Assembly: GCA_963764605.1 (NCBI GenBank)
Contig: CAVXTJ010000007.1
Location: forward strand, 423 to 64,422
DNA length: 64,000 bases
Origin: an uncultured Alphaproteobacteria bacterium
GTDB lineage: Bacteria > Pseudomonadota > Alphaproteobacteria > Rhizobiales > Hyphomicrobiaceae
Direction: 5' to 3'
Shown here: positions 55,002-64,000 of the stretch, in pieces
Position numbering within the stretch: the first letter of the stretch is position 1
Layout: each line of letters starts with the position of its first letter
Position numbers and translations under genes: made by a program
The notes under the pieces: generated by a model
Seen by the model: the letters and a program-made list of their open reading frames with translations, nothing else
What the model was told of the DNA's origin: nothing
The model's database searches: none

Positions 55002-56138
55002 GGGCTCTTCGGCGCGAGGTTCGGGTGAACGATTTTGCCATCCTTGGCAACCAGCGTGCCTTTGATGATGTCATCGTCCCAATTAACGGCGAGGCTTTTT
55101 TCCTTCTTGTCGATCATGATATCGAGGAAGGCCAATAGGTTTTTGGCGTAAAGGCTCGACGCATTGACCGCGATGGTGCCCGCCAAGTTGAGCGGCCCCG
55201 CGATCTTGACGCCGCCTGCCGTTTCAATCGTTTTGCCGGCTTCGGTCAGTTCGCAGTTTCCGCCACGCTCGGCCGCCAGATCGACGATGACTGCGCCAGG
55301 CTTCATGCTTTCAACCATGGCACGCGTGATCAGGCGCGGCGCCGGACGGCCCGGGATCAGCGCGGTCGTGATCACGAAATCCTGGTTCTTGATGTGCTCG
55401 GCGACGAGCGCCGCCTGTTTCGCCTGATATTCTGCGCTCATGGGCTTCGCATATCCCGCCGCTGTCTGAGCCTGTTTGAATTCTTCGTCCTCGACCGCGA
55501 CGAACTTCGCGCCGAGCGACTGCACTTGTTCCTTGGTGGCTGGCCGCACGTCCGTCGCGGTCACCTGCGCACCCATGCGCCGCGCCGTTGCAATAGCCTG
55601 TAGGCCGGCAACGCCAACCCCCATAATGAAGGCTTTTGCCGCCGGAACCGTGCCGGCCGGCGTCATCATCATCGGCAGCGCCTGTCCGAACATGGCCGCC
55701 GCATCGACGACCGCCTTGTAGCCCGCAAGGTTTGCTTGAGACGACAACACGTCCATCGATTGCGCGCGCGTCGTGCGCGGCATGAATTCCATGGAGAAGA
55801 TCGAAGCACCCGTGGCCGCCAGCGCTTCAAGCGCCGCGCTATCGCCGTAGGGGTCGATCATGGCGGCAACCATCGCGCCCGGCTTCAACGCCTTGATTTC
55901 GTCCCCCGTGGGGCGGCGCACTTTCAATAGTACATCGGCGCCATTGAGCGCCTCGGCATGTGAGACGATTTCCGCGCCCGCCGCTTTCAAGGCATCGTCG
56001 GAGAAATCGCGATCTCAACCCAGCGCCCGTTTCGACGCGGACAACCGCGCCAGCAGCTACAAATTTTTTGACCGTATCCGGCGAAACAGCGACGCGGGGC
56101 TCATCCGCCGCTTCGCGCGTGACAGCTATCGTGACCAT
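54998..56138 (-). CDS. pntA: NAD(P) transhydrogenase alpha part 1, frameshift at about 56005
   Basis: EPRVAVSP, RAQSMDVLSSQANLAGY, GVGVAGLQAIA, ITTALIPG. Confidence 0.93.
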
Positions 56139-56279
56139 GGTCTCTTCCGATTGTTGGCCGATGTTATTGGCCAATGTTCAAGGTTAGGCCGCCGCAGGCC
56201 GTAAATGAATTGGGCAGGCCCGCAAGAGAGCCTGCCCTGGATCGAGACAGAATTCCCGGGACCAAAATCCCAAGCCCCC

Positions 56280-56423
56280 TCAAACCAAGAAAAACTTCAT
56301 GCCGGCGAGAAGCAGAACGAGAAGTACGATCGCGATCTTCGTAAAACGAAGAAATCCCGCGTACGTCTTGTTGTGTTCGGCATAGTCCATGGCGGAATGG
56401 CCGCCCGAAGTATTCACACCCAC
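56280..56423 (-). CDS. aa3-type cytochrome c oxidase subunit IV
   Basis: MDYAEHNKTYAGFLRF plus a TM helix; GGAG RBS before GTG. Confidence 0.85.
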   Translation of the reverse strand: MGVNTSGGHSAMDYAEHNKTYAGFLRFTKIAIVLLVLLLAGMKFFLV

Positions 56424-56634
56424 GTTTTTTCTCCCTGCTTGAGAGCCTGTTCGGCCGTTTTGGTAACGCAATGCCCAGCCATCATCAAGCCAGGATCGAA
56501 ACATCTTTGGAACAATGACAATGTTTCGCAGGGAGCGCAAATGTCTTTGTCGGGCCACCGGGTAGCTTCATTGCCGCGTCTGCGGCCGGGACTGCAGGCA
56601 GCCCACGTGGTGCAGAGCCCTCCTGGCACTGCCG

Positions 56635-57141
56635 TTGGTCATTTTAGGTACGCCCAGCATGGCCGGAGAGCCCCCGGCCGGAGGCGGCCTCAGCGCCTGC
56701 CTCAATAGCCTCACGCAAACCTCTCCTGAAATTTCCTGTGAATACACGGCCTTGTTGACCGTCCAAGAGCGCGCCGACATGCGCCGGCTGACCCGCGATA
56801 GGCTTCAGGACGCCGTCTGCCGCGTTACGGTCCGCGTCGACCGCGGCCTCGTCCAACCGGCGCTGACTGAAGCCAACCACGTATTCAATGCCCCGCCCCA
56901 GCCCGTCGTCTGCACCATAACAACCCGGGACAGTACCTTTCGACATCACCGGCACCTTCGCACCCCAGGTCACGTTCAAAGACGGCATGGCCACCTACGC
57001 GACCCCGGGCTTGGCAACGTGACCGGCGTCAGCAAGGTCCTCTCCTGGCCCGTCGTGCAATACGTCAACTATTCCCCCGGCATCCGCCGCGAGATGATCG
57101 CGATCATCAATGCTTACCGCGCGCAGGTCACGCAAAAGTAG
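56635..57141 (+). CDS. Hypothetical secreted Cys-containing protein (start uncertain, internal compensating frameshifts)
   Basis: Signal-like LLALPLVILGTPSMA upstream; 4 Cys; garbled middle segment. Confidence 0.6.
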   Translation: MVILGTPSMAGEPPAGGGLSACLNSLTQTSPEISCEYTALLTVQERADMRRLTRDRLQDAVCRVTVRVDRGLVQPALTEANHVFNAPPQPVVCTITTRDSTFRHHRHLRTPGHVQRRHGHLRDPGLGNVTGVSKVLSWPVVQYVNYSPGIRREMIAIINAYRAQVTQK

Positions 57142-57259
57142 TTGCGTGCCAGGGGTCACGGCCTCGCAATTGCCATTTCGTCGCTTACATTCAACGTTGA
57201 GGGAGCCGATTAGGCGCTCGGGGCTTGGGGCGCGTCACCTGTCACAAGGAGTAGGGCTC

Positions 57260-57679
57260 ATGAAAGTCAAAGAAGCAATGCACAAGGGCGTCGAATGGGT
57301 TGCGCCATCGACACCCGTTCCAGAACTCGCACGATTGATGCGGAAGCATGACATCGGCGCAATTCCGGTTGGCGACAACGACAAACTCATCGGCATGGTC
57401 ACGGACCGCGATATCGTTTGCCGCGGCCTTGCTAACGGCAAGGACGTCTCAAAGTTGACGGCGCGCGACGTCATGACGGCAAACATCGTCTGGTGTCACG
57501 CGGACGAAGACCTCGACGACGCGACGCGCATCATGGAGGATAAGAAAATCCGCCGCTTGCCCGTCATCGACACGAACAAGCGCATGGTTGGCATGCTGAG
57601 CCTCGGCGATATTTCGCATTCTGCGAAGTCGAAGCTCTCAGGCGAAGTGCTGCACGCGGTTTCTGCGCATCACAGCTGA
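57260..57679 (+). CDS. Tandem CBS-domain protein
   Basis: VKEAMH, IGAIPV, GMVTDRDIV, IRRLPV, GMLSLGD. Confidence 0.9.
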   Translation: MKVKEAMHKGVEWVAPSTPVPELARLMRKHDIGAIPVGDNDKLIGMVTDRDIVCRGLANGKDVSKLTARDVMTANIVWCHADEDLDDATRIMEDKKIRRLPVIDTNKRMVGMLSLGDISHSAKSKLSGEVLHAVSAHHS

Positions 57680-57701
57680 GCGCTACGCTGCATATCCCGG
57701 C

Positions 57702-57740
57702 GGACCTGTTCCGCCGGGAACATCCCCCGCACGGGGGATG
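57702..57740 (+). terminator. Two adjacent GC hairpins after the CBS gene
   Basis: cccggcgga/tccgccggg and catccccc/gggggatg. Confidence 0.5.
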
Positions 57741-57904
57741 CGCTAAGAATTCGGCACGGAATTTAACTGAAACATTACCATAGCGCGCTTGAGGCTGGAC
57801 TTGTTCCGGCCGGAACAGCGCGTGTGCGCCCTTTCTCCTAGGGTTTGTCTCAAGGCCACCCCAATCCCCCCATGGCTCAGACGTCAACCTCTAGGAGACT
57901 TAAA

Positions 57905-58899
57905 ATGGCTTCCATCAACGACCTTCGCTTCATCAACGGTCAGTGGATCGACACCATGACCCCTGACTACCTTTTCGGAACGCAAACCGCCGACACGATT
58001 AATGTCTATGCTGGCGACAACGCCGTCTCCGCGTTGCGGCGGCAACGATACGATCTTCGACGTATCGCTCCTACTCGGGCGGCTACTCGGGTCGCGACTT
58101 CGTATCCGGCGGTGAAGGCAATGATCTCATCGTTTCCAGCCTCGACGGCGCAGGAAACAGCTACAACGGCGATGCTGGCGTCGATACCCTCAATCTCATT
58201 CCTAATGGCAACGGCGTTTTCGTCGATCTCGCCGGTCATGTTGCAAAGGACCGCGCCAGCGGCGCAACCTCGGAAGTCTGGACCATCGAAAACGTCGTCG
58301 GCACAGGCATGAACGACTATCTCTATGGCGATGCAAATGCCAACAAGCTCAGTCGGTTACAACGGCGACGACCTGATTCGCGGCCAGGCGGTAACGACAT
58401 CCTGAACGGCGGCCGCGGCCAGGACGTATTGTTCGGCGGCGCGGCAACGACCTCGTCAATGGCGATGACGACAACGACATGCTGTACGGCGATGCCGGCA
58501 ACGATTTCCTCAACGGCGGCCTCGGCGACTGACTTCCTGATCGGCGGCACCGGCAAGGACCACATGGTTGGCGGCGCCAGTAGCCGACGACTTCAACTTC
58601 AGGTCGCTGTCCGACTGGTGTCACCGGCGTCAACGCGGACATGATCCTCGACTTCAGGCATCTGGTTGATGACATCGACGTCCGGGATATCGACGCCAAC
58701 GCAATCGTTGGCGGCAATCAGGCCTTCCGCTTCATCGGCAGCCAGGCATTCAATGCCGCTGGTCAAGTCCGCGCCGTCTACAATGCGGCGCAGCAGGAAA
58801 CGGTCATTTTGTTCAACATCGACAACGACGCGGCCGCAGAGATGATCGATCAAATCGATCGAAACGTTGCACTGTCGGCTCTCGACTTCATTGCTCTAA
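57905..58899 (+). CDS. RTX/hemolysin-type Ca-binding repeat protein, heavily frameshifted
   Basis: GGNDILNGGRGQDVLFGG, IENVVGT, IDVRDIDAN..GNQAFRFIG..AAGQVR, spread over at least 4 ORFs. Confidence 0.8.
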
Positions 58900-58920
58900 C
58901 GAAGCACAGTCTACACTTAC

Positions 58921-58959
58921 TGCGGCGGCCGGATTTCCCGCCGGCCGCATTTCGTTTTT
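58921..58959 (+). terminator. Terminator after the RTX gene
   Basis: tgcggcggccgg..ccggccgca followed by tttcgtttt. Confidence 0.65.
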
Positions 58960-59017
58960 ATCGTGCACCCATCGCTTCAAGGCAGTTAGCGCAATTGACA
59001 AAAGCAGGGAGATTTTA

Positions 59018-59488
59018 ATGTTCGCAATTGCGCCTCAAAGAGTTACTCATCCTCGGATGCTCTTTTTGCGATGCCCGCCGCAGCATGCTTCCGAGACCGC
59101 TGGCCAAGTCTGGAAAAGCCCGACGTGCGGCTGCTGCAAAGCCTGGGTCGATTACATGCATGCCAAAGGCTTCACTCTCTCCGTCAAGGACACGTCGACG
59201 GCAACCATCAATCAAATTAAATCGTCCGCCGGCATTGCGCAAAAATTTGCCGGCTGCCACTCGGCTCAAATCGGCGGCTACATGATAGAAGGCCACGTGC
59301 CCGCCGAAGACATCGCGCGCCTCATCGCCGAAAAGCCGGATGCCATCGGCCTCAGCGTTCCGGGTATGCCGGTTGGTTCGCCCGGCATGGAGACGGATGG
59401 GACGGTTGAACCTTTCGAAGTCCACTTGATGAAAAAAGACGGTAGTTCGGAAGTCTTTTCTCGCTACGGTGCGGATGCGAAATTTTAG
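59018..59488 (+). CDS. DUF411 metal-binding periplasmic protein (N-terminal frameshift likely)
   Basis: KSPTCGCCKAW, GCHSA, IEGHVPA, GLSVPGMPVGSPGME. Confidence 0.88.
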   Translation: MFAIAPQRVTHPRMLFLRCPPQHASETAGQVWKSPTCGCCKAWVDYMHAKGFTLSVKDTSTATINQIKSSAGIAQKFAGCHSAQIGGYMIEGHVPAEDIARLIAEKPDAIGLSVPGMPVGSPGMETDGTVEPFEVHLMKKDGSSEVFSRYGADAKF

Positions 59489-59499
59489 AACGGCGGCGA

Positions 59500-59577
59500 G
59501 GTGTCTGACCCTCCGGGTCCGACACCGCCACACCCCTGTCTCCCGGTCGTGTTGTCAGGCCCAGAGGGCCAGACACC
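59500..59577. repeat. Second copy of the GTGTCTGACC double-hairpin element
   Basis: Left arm ggtgtctgaccctccgggtccgacacc; right arm has 5 mismatches, mostly G-U compatible. Confidence 0.85.
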
Positions 59578-59584
59578 TTACCCA

Positions 59585-61501
59585 TCAAACCGCAACCTGC
59601 GTACCAACCTCAACGACGCGATCGGTCGGGATCTGGAAGTAGGTTGTCGCGTCCTCCGCACTTCCCGCCAGCGCAATGAACAGGCGTTCCTGCCAGCGCG
59701 GCATTTCGGATTTACTGGTGACGCGAAGCGAGCGGCGCGACAGGAAGAACGACGTCGCTCCGAGATCGATGTTGCAGTCCTTACGCCGGCAATGCTCGAG
59801 AATTTTCGGCACGCTCGGCGTTTCCATGAAGCCATAACGCGCGATGATGCGGATAAAGTGGTCGGAAACGCGTTCAACCGTCACGCGCTCATGGCGCGGC
59901 ACACGCGGCGTTTCTTCTGTCCGGATCGCCAGCAATATATTGCGCTCATGCATGACGCGGTTGTGCTTCAAGTTGTGCATCATAGAGGTCGGTGCCGCAT
60001 AGGGATCGCCGGTTAGGAACACGGCAGTGCCCGGTACGCGATGCGGCGGTTTTGCCTCGAGCTTGCGGACCAGCCAATCGAGATCGGCTTCGTCGCGTTT
60101 TGTCGCCTTGGAGAGCAGCCGCGTGCCACGCACCCAAGTGTACATGATGAGACCAAGACCGGCGGCAATGCTAATCGGCACCCATCCGCCCTCAAACAGC
60201 TTCAGAATGTTGGCCGAGAAGAAGACTTGTTCGATCAGGAGGAACGGAATCATCAGGGCTGCAGCGCGCCACATTGGCCACTTCCAGCACTTCCACACAA
60301 CGAAGAAGGCCATCAAGCTATCAATCACCATCGCGGCCGTGACCGACACGCCATAAGCGGCCGCGAGATTGGAGGAGTTCTGAAAAAGAACGATGGCTGC
60401 AACGACAGCACCCCACAACATCCAATTGATGCGCGGCATGTAGATCTGCCCGGCCATGCTCTCGGATGTGTGACGGATCTCAAAGCGCGGGACGAGACCA
60501 AGCTGGATCGCCTGCCGCGTCAGCGAAAATGCGCCCGTAATAACAGCCTGACTGGCGATCACCGTTGCAAACGTCGCGAGGATGAGCATCGGGATCAGTG
60601 CCCATTCTGGATATAATTTATAGAATGGATTGGCGAGCGCAGACTCATCACTCATCACCAGCGCACCTTGGCCGAAATAGTTGAGAATGAGTGCGGGGAA
60701 GACGAACCAAAACCACGCCGACTGAATTGGCTTGCGGCCGAAATGACCAAGATCCGCGTAAAGCGCTTCAGCACCGGTTGCGGCCAGAAACACGAGACCC
60801 ATGATCGTCAAGCCGATGACGCCATGGCGCCACACAAATGAAATCCCGTACGTCGGGTCTAGCGCTTGAAGCACACGGAGATTATCCGAGATGTGCATCA
60901 ATCCGCCAATCGCGAGGACAAGAAACCAGATCGCGGTAATTGGCCCGAAGAACTTGGCGATGCGGTCAGTGCCACGCGCCTGCATCCAGAAGAGACAGGT
61001 AATGACGAGTATTGAGATGATCGGAATAACGTTCTTACCAAGCCCAGGCACGATAAGCTTCAAACCTTCGACCGCTGACAGAACCGAAATGGCCGGCGTG
61101 ATGACCGCGTCGCCATAAAAGAATGCGGCCCCCGCGACGCCAAGCGCGCCCAGGAGCGGCGCACTGCGTTTGGCCACCGACTGACCGAGCGCCATGAGTG
61201 CGAACGTACCGCCTTCGCCTTTGTTGTCGGCACGCAACAGGATGATGACGTACTTCAGCGTAACGATGAGGATGAGGACCCACAGGATAAGCGACAAGAC
61301 GCCAAGGGTCGCCTCGCCAACGCTCAAGCCGCGCGCGTGCGCTGCGTGTATCGCTTCCTTGAACGCATAAAGCGGGCTCGTTCCGATGTCGCCGAACACA
61401 ACGCCGATGGAGCCAAGCACCAATGCCCAGTAGTTCTTGTCGGTATGCCCATCCCCAGAACCAGTATCGCCAGCAAGGGTTGTGGACTGCGTCTGTGCCA
61501 T
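59585..61501 (-). CDS. kup: Potassium uptake protein
   Basis: GVVFGDIGTSPLY, GEGGTFAL, TPAISVLSAVEG, EALYADLGHFG, GQIYMP. Confidence 0.96.
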   Translation of the reverse strand: MAQTQSTTLAGDTGSGDGHTDKNYWALVLGSIGVVFGDIGTSPLYAFKEAIHAAHARGLSVGEATLGVLSLILWVLILIVTLKYVIILLRADNKGEGGTFALMALGQSVAKRSAPLLGALGVAGAAFFYGDAVITPAISVLSAVEGLKLIVPGLGKNVIPIISILVITCLFWMQARGTDRIAKFFGPITAIWFLVLAIGGLMHISDNLRVLQALDPTYGISFVWRHGVIGLTIMGLVFLAATGAEALYADLGHFGRKPIQSAWFWFVFPALILNYFGQGALVMSDESALANPFYKLYPEWALIPMLILATFATVIASQAVITGAFSLTRQAIQLGLVPRFEIRHTSESMAGQIYMPRINWMLWGAVVAAIVLFQNSSNLAAAYGVSVTAAMVIDSLMAFFVVWKCWKWPMWRAAALMIPFLLIEQVFFSANILKLFEGGWVPISIAAGLGLIMYTWVRGTRLLSKATKRDEADLDWLVRKLEAKPPHRVPGTAVFLTGDPYAAPTSMMHNLKHNRVMHERNILLAIRTEETPRVPRHERVTVERVSDHFIRIIARYGFMETPSVPKILEHCRRKDCNIDLGATSFFLSRRSLRVTSKSEMPRWQERLFIALAGSAEDATTYFQIPTDRVVEVGTQVAV

Positions 61502-61790
61502 TGAGGCACCTCGCCTTATGTGAAGCTGCACTGCAGCAAAGTGGGGCGCTTCTACTCCCGCACTTGACCCAAGGGAAGCGGCAAAATCGCACGTTTACCG
61601 ATTGAATGGCCCTTGACATTTCTGCAACGGCGTCGGGCCACACTGCGTTCCCGATGGGTATATGGGAGCGCTGCCACTGACTTCCAGATTTGCAGGCCCG
61701 CCGGAGTGTCGTCACCTTCACCACGTGTGCGCAACCGCTGGTTCCGTCCGAAACTGTTTCGCGTTGAACGGGGTGCGGCTGGCAAGCAAT

Positions 61791-62186
61791 CTATGTCTTT
61801 CGTGCCTTCGGCCAGTTGTCCCTGATCCAGCGCATCAGGCCGTCTTCGTTCACGATCCCTGCCGCCAGATCTTGAATGATCACAGCAGCCTCAGCCTCAT
61901 CGGCAAGGAACTCAATGCCATTCAAGCCGAAGAACGTGACTATTGACAGGAACGAAGCCCGCTTGTTGCCATCGACAAAAGGATGATTGCGCGCGATCCC
62001 GAACGCATACGCGGCCGCCAGAGCTGCGAGATCCGTTTCGCCATAGCTCCACTTGTTTTTGGGCCGATCAAGTGCCGATTCCAGCATCGAGCGATCACGA
62101 AGCCCCGGCGGACCGCCGAATTCGCGAAGCTGCTCGTCATGGATGGCAATCACCAGTTCGGCCGTCAGCCAAACCGGTTCTGTCAC
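61791..62186 (-). CDS. Doc/Fic family toxin
   Basis: HPFVDGNKRAS Fic motif; GTGA overlap with the antitoxin. Confidence 0.92.
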   Translation of the reverse strand: MTEPVWLTAELVIAIHDEQLREFGGPPGLRDRSMLESALDRPKNKWSYGETDLAALAAAYAFGIARNHPFVDGNKRASFLSIVTFFGLNGIEFLADEAEAAVIIQDLAAGIVNEDGLMRWIRDNWPKARKT

Positions 62187-62404
62187 TTCGCAAGCTCCTT
62201 GAGCGTGTTGCGGTAAGTTTTCATGGCTTTGCGGGCGATCTCGATGCCCTTTTCGAACGTGTCGTCACCGCGCTTCACGGCAAATCCATCGGGGGTCTCG
62301 GTCACCACTACTTCATCTCCTTGCTGCAGCCCGAGCCGCGACAGCAGTTCCTTGGGCAAAATGAGCCCTGTGGAATTGCCGATCTTCTTGATCTCAAGCT
62401 TCAT
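62183..62404 (-). CDS. AbrB/MazE-fold antitoxin
   Basis: KKIGNSTGLILPKELL. Confidence 0.9.
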   Translation of the reverse strand: MKLEIKKIGNSTGLILPKELLSRLGLQQGDEVVVTETPDGFAVKRGDDTFEKGIEIARKAMKTYRNTLKELAK

Positions 62405-62426
62405 CGTGGCGAACCTCCCAATTCGC

Positions 62427-62481
62427 GTTGTACAAAATGTCTAACACAGAAGCGTTGCGCTGTCAAACAAATGTTGTACAG
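62427..62481. promoter_or_regulatory. Putative TA operator: GTTGTACA twice
   Basis: Copies at 62427 and 62473, each with a palindromic TGTACA core. Confidence 0.55.
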
Positions 62482-62517
62482 ACTGAACAAAGTCAACATA
62501 TTGAAAATAATCATTCT

Positions 62518-64000
62518 TTAAGAAGAAATCCGATCCATCGCCTCTAATTCGTCGATCATACCCTCGATCACCTTGAGGCCTTTGTTCCAGAAAGCGGGGT
62601 CGCGGGCATCAAGTCCGAAGGGGGCGAGTAGCTCGGAGTGGTGCTTGGAACCGCCGGCCTTCAGCATGTCGAAATACTTGGCCACAAACCCCGGCTGCGC
62701 TTCGGCATAAAGCCCATAGAGCGAGTTCACGAGGCAATCGCCAAACGCATAGGCGTAGACGTAGAACGGCGAGTGGATGAAGTGCGGGATGTAGGTCCAG
62801 AACACTTCGTACCCAGGCTTCAAGTCAATCGCCGGGCCTAAGCTTTCGCGCTGCACGTCTAACCAGATCGCCGCGAGTTGATCTGCCGTCAGTTCGCCCG
62901 CGCGCCGTGCTTCGTGCACCTTGCGCTCGAAGGTATAAAACGCGATCTGGCGCACGACCGTGTTGATCATGTCCTCGACCTTGGACGCGATCATGGCCTT
63001 CTTTTCGCGTTTGTCTTTCGTCTCGGCGAGAAGCGCCTTGAAGGTCAGCATTTCACCGAAGACCGACGCCGTTTCCGCGAGAGTCAAAGGCGTCGGCGCC
63101 AGCAGCGGCCCCTGCGCGCGCGCCAGCATCTGATGCACGCCATGGCCAAGTTCGTGCGCGAGGGTCATCACGTCGCGCGGTTTGCCCTGATAGTTCATCA
63201 TCACGTACGGGTGCACGCTCGGCACGGTTGACGCTGAAAACGCACCTGGCGCCTTGCCGGGTTTCACTGGCGCGTCGATCCAGTTCTTGTCAAAAAACTC
63301 TTTCGCAATCGACGCCATTTCGGGCGCGAAGCTGCCGTAAGCGTTGAGCACTATTTTTTCAGCTTCCGGCCATTTGATCACGCGCTCGGGCTTCTCCGGC
63401 AACGGCGCGTTACGATCCCAGTGATTGAGCTTCTCCACGCCAAGCCAATTCGCCTTCATGGCGTAATAGCGATGTGAAAGCCGCGGATAGGCAGCGCGCA
63501 CGCTTTCAACCAACGCATCGACAACAGGTGCCTCAACCCGGTTCGCGAGGTGGCGCGAATCCGCCACATCCTTGAAGTAACGCCAGCGGTCGGAGATTTC
63601 CTTGTCCTTGGCGAGCGTGTTGGTGATGAGCGTAAAGAGCGGCACGTTGGCGCCAAGCGTTTTCGACAACGCCTCCGCGCCCGCCTTGCGCTTTGTCCCG
63701 TCCGGACTGGACAGCAGATTAAGAGTTGGCTCGAGTGACAGCGGTGCCGCTTCGCCCGCAACGTCGAACTTCAGGCTCGACATGGTTTCGTTGAAAAGGC
63801 GCGTCCAGGCGGCACGTCCGGTCTGGCTCTTTTCGGTAAAAAGCGTTTCCAGTTTTTCTTCCAGCTGATGCGGCTTCTCCTTCAACAAGTCGTCGAACCA
63901 TGGCTTGTAGCGCTTCAAATCCTTATGCTTCAGAGCTTCGGCCAAAACTGCGTCGTCGATCTGGTTCAACTCTAGCTCGAAGAAAATGAGGTTGGTTGAC
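62518..64000 (-). CDS. M3 oligoendopeptidase F family, 5' partial
   Basis: TLAHELGHGVH, AETASVFGE, PHFIHSPFYVYAY. Confidence 0.93.
   Translation of the reverse strand, partial: STNLIFFELELNQIDDAVLAEALKHKDLKRYKPWFDDLLKEKPHQLEEKLETLFTEKSQTGRAAWTRLFNETMSSLKFDVAGEAAPLSLEPTLNLLSSPDGTKRKAGAEALSKTLGANVPLFTLITNTLAKDKEISDRWRYFKDVADSRHLANRVEAPVVDALVESVRAAYPRLSHRYYAMKANWLGVEKLNHWDRNAPLPEKPERVIKWPEAEKIVLNAYGSFAPEMASIAKEFFDKNWIDAPVKPGKAPGAFSASTVPSVHPYVMMNYQGKPRDVMTLAHELGHGVHQMLARAQGPLLAPTPLTLAETASVFGEMLTFKALLAETKDKREKKAMIASKVEDMINTVVRQIAFYTFERKVHEARRAGELTADQLAAIWLDVQRESLGPAIDLKPGYEVFWTYIPHFIHSPFYVYAYAFGDCLVNSLYGLYAEAQPGFVAKYFDMLKAGGSKHHSELLAPFGLDARDPAFWNKGLKVIEGMIDELEAMDRISS

Noticed and set aside
61531-61790. 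Riboswitch (c-di-AMP type) upstream of kup
   Set aside because: No recognisable consensus on the minus strand; only a short hairpin at about 61540-61565.
62497-62518. Fur-like box (aataatcatt)
   Set aside because: Only about 12/19 match, and it lies downstream of a stop codon in AT-rich DNA.

Overview
Alphaproteobacterial chromosomal segment, probably Hyphomicrobiaceae-like (inferred from gene order and protein style, not searched). It looks like an unpolished long-read assembly: at least 15 genes, including essential ileS, carry single-base frameshifts, and several conserved-motif substitutions and indels fall on GANTC (CcrM) sites. Contents in order: an ABC ATPase, an NlpC/P60 peptidase and an M17 aminopeptidase; a Tad/Cpa pilus locus with two tandem Flp pilins and CtrA-like boxes; TetR, CDF, RlpA, rimO, XdhC and MocA-like genes; a persulfide dioxygenase/BigR/rhodanese/TauE cluster; an orphan patatin; mutL, pgi, an M16 pair, lspA, ileS, ribF and MaoC; DUF1013, an acyl-CoA synthetase, two DUF465 genes, purEK and rpsU; a hydrolase/protease-rich run; pntAB, coxIV, CBS, RTX, DUF411, kup, an AbrB-Doc toxin-antitoxin pair and a partial M3 peptidase. 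Top leads: (1) a lipoprotein at 48826-49551 whose sequence pattern resembles a bacterial gasdermin pore domain without the inhibitory C-terminal peptide, downstream of three co-oriented peptidase-type genes; (2) a REP-like double hairpin inserted in frame in ileS, with a second copy at 59500; (3) bS21 with a long Gly/Tyr/Phe tail; (4) the GANTC-linked error signature. No rRNA, tRNA, CRISPR array or transposase was seen.
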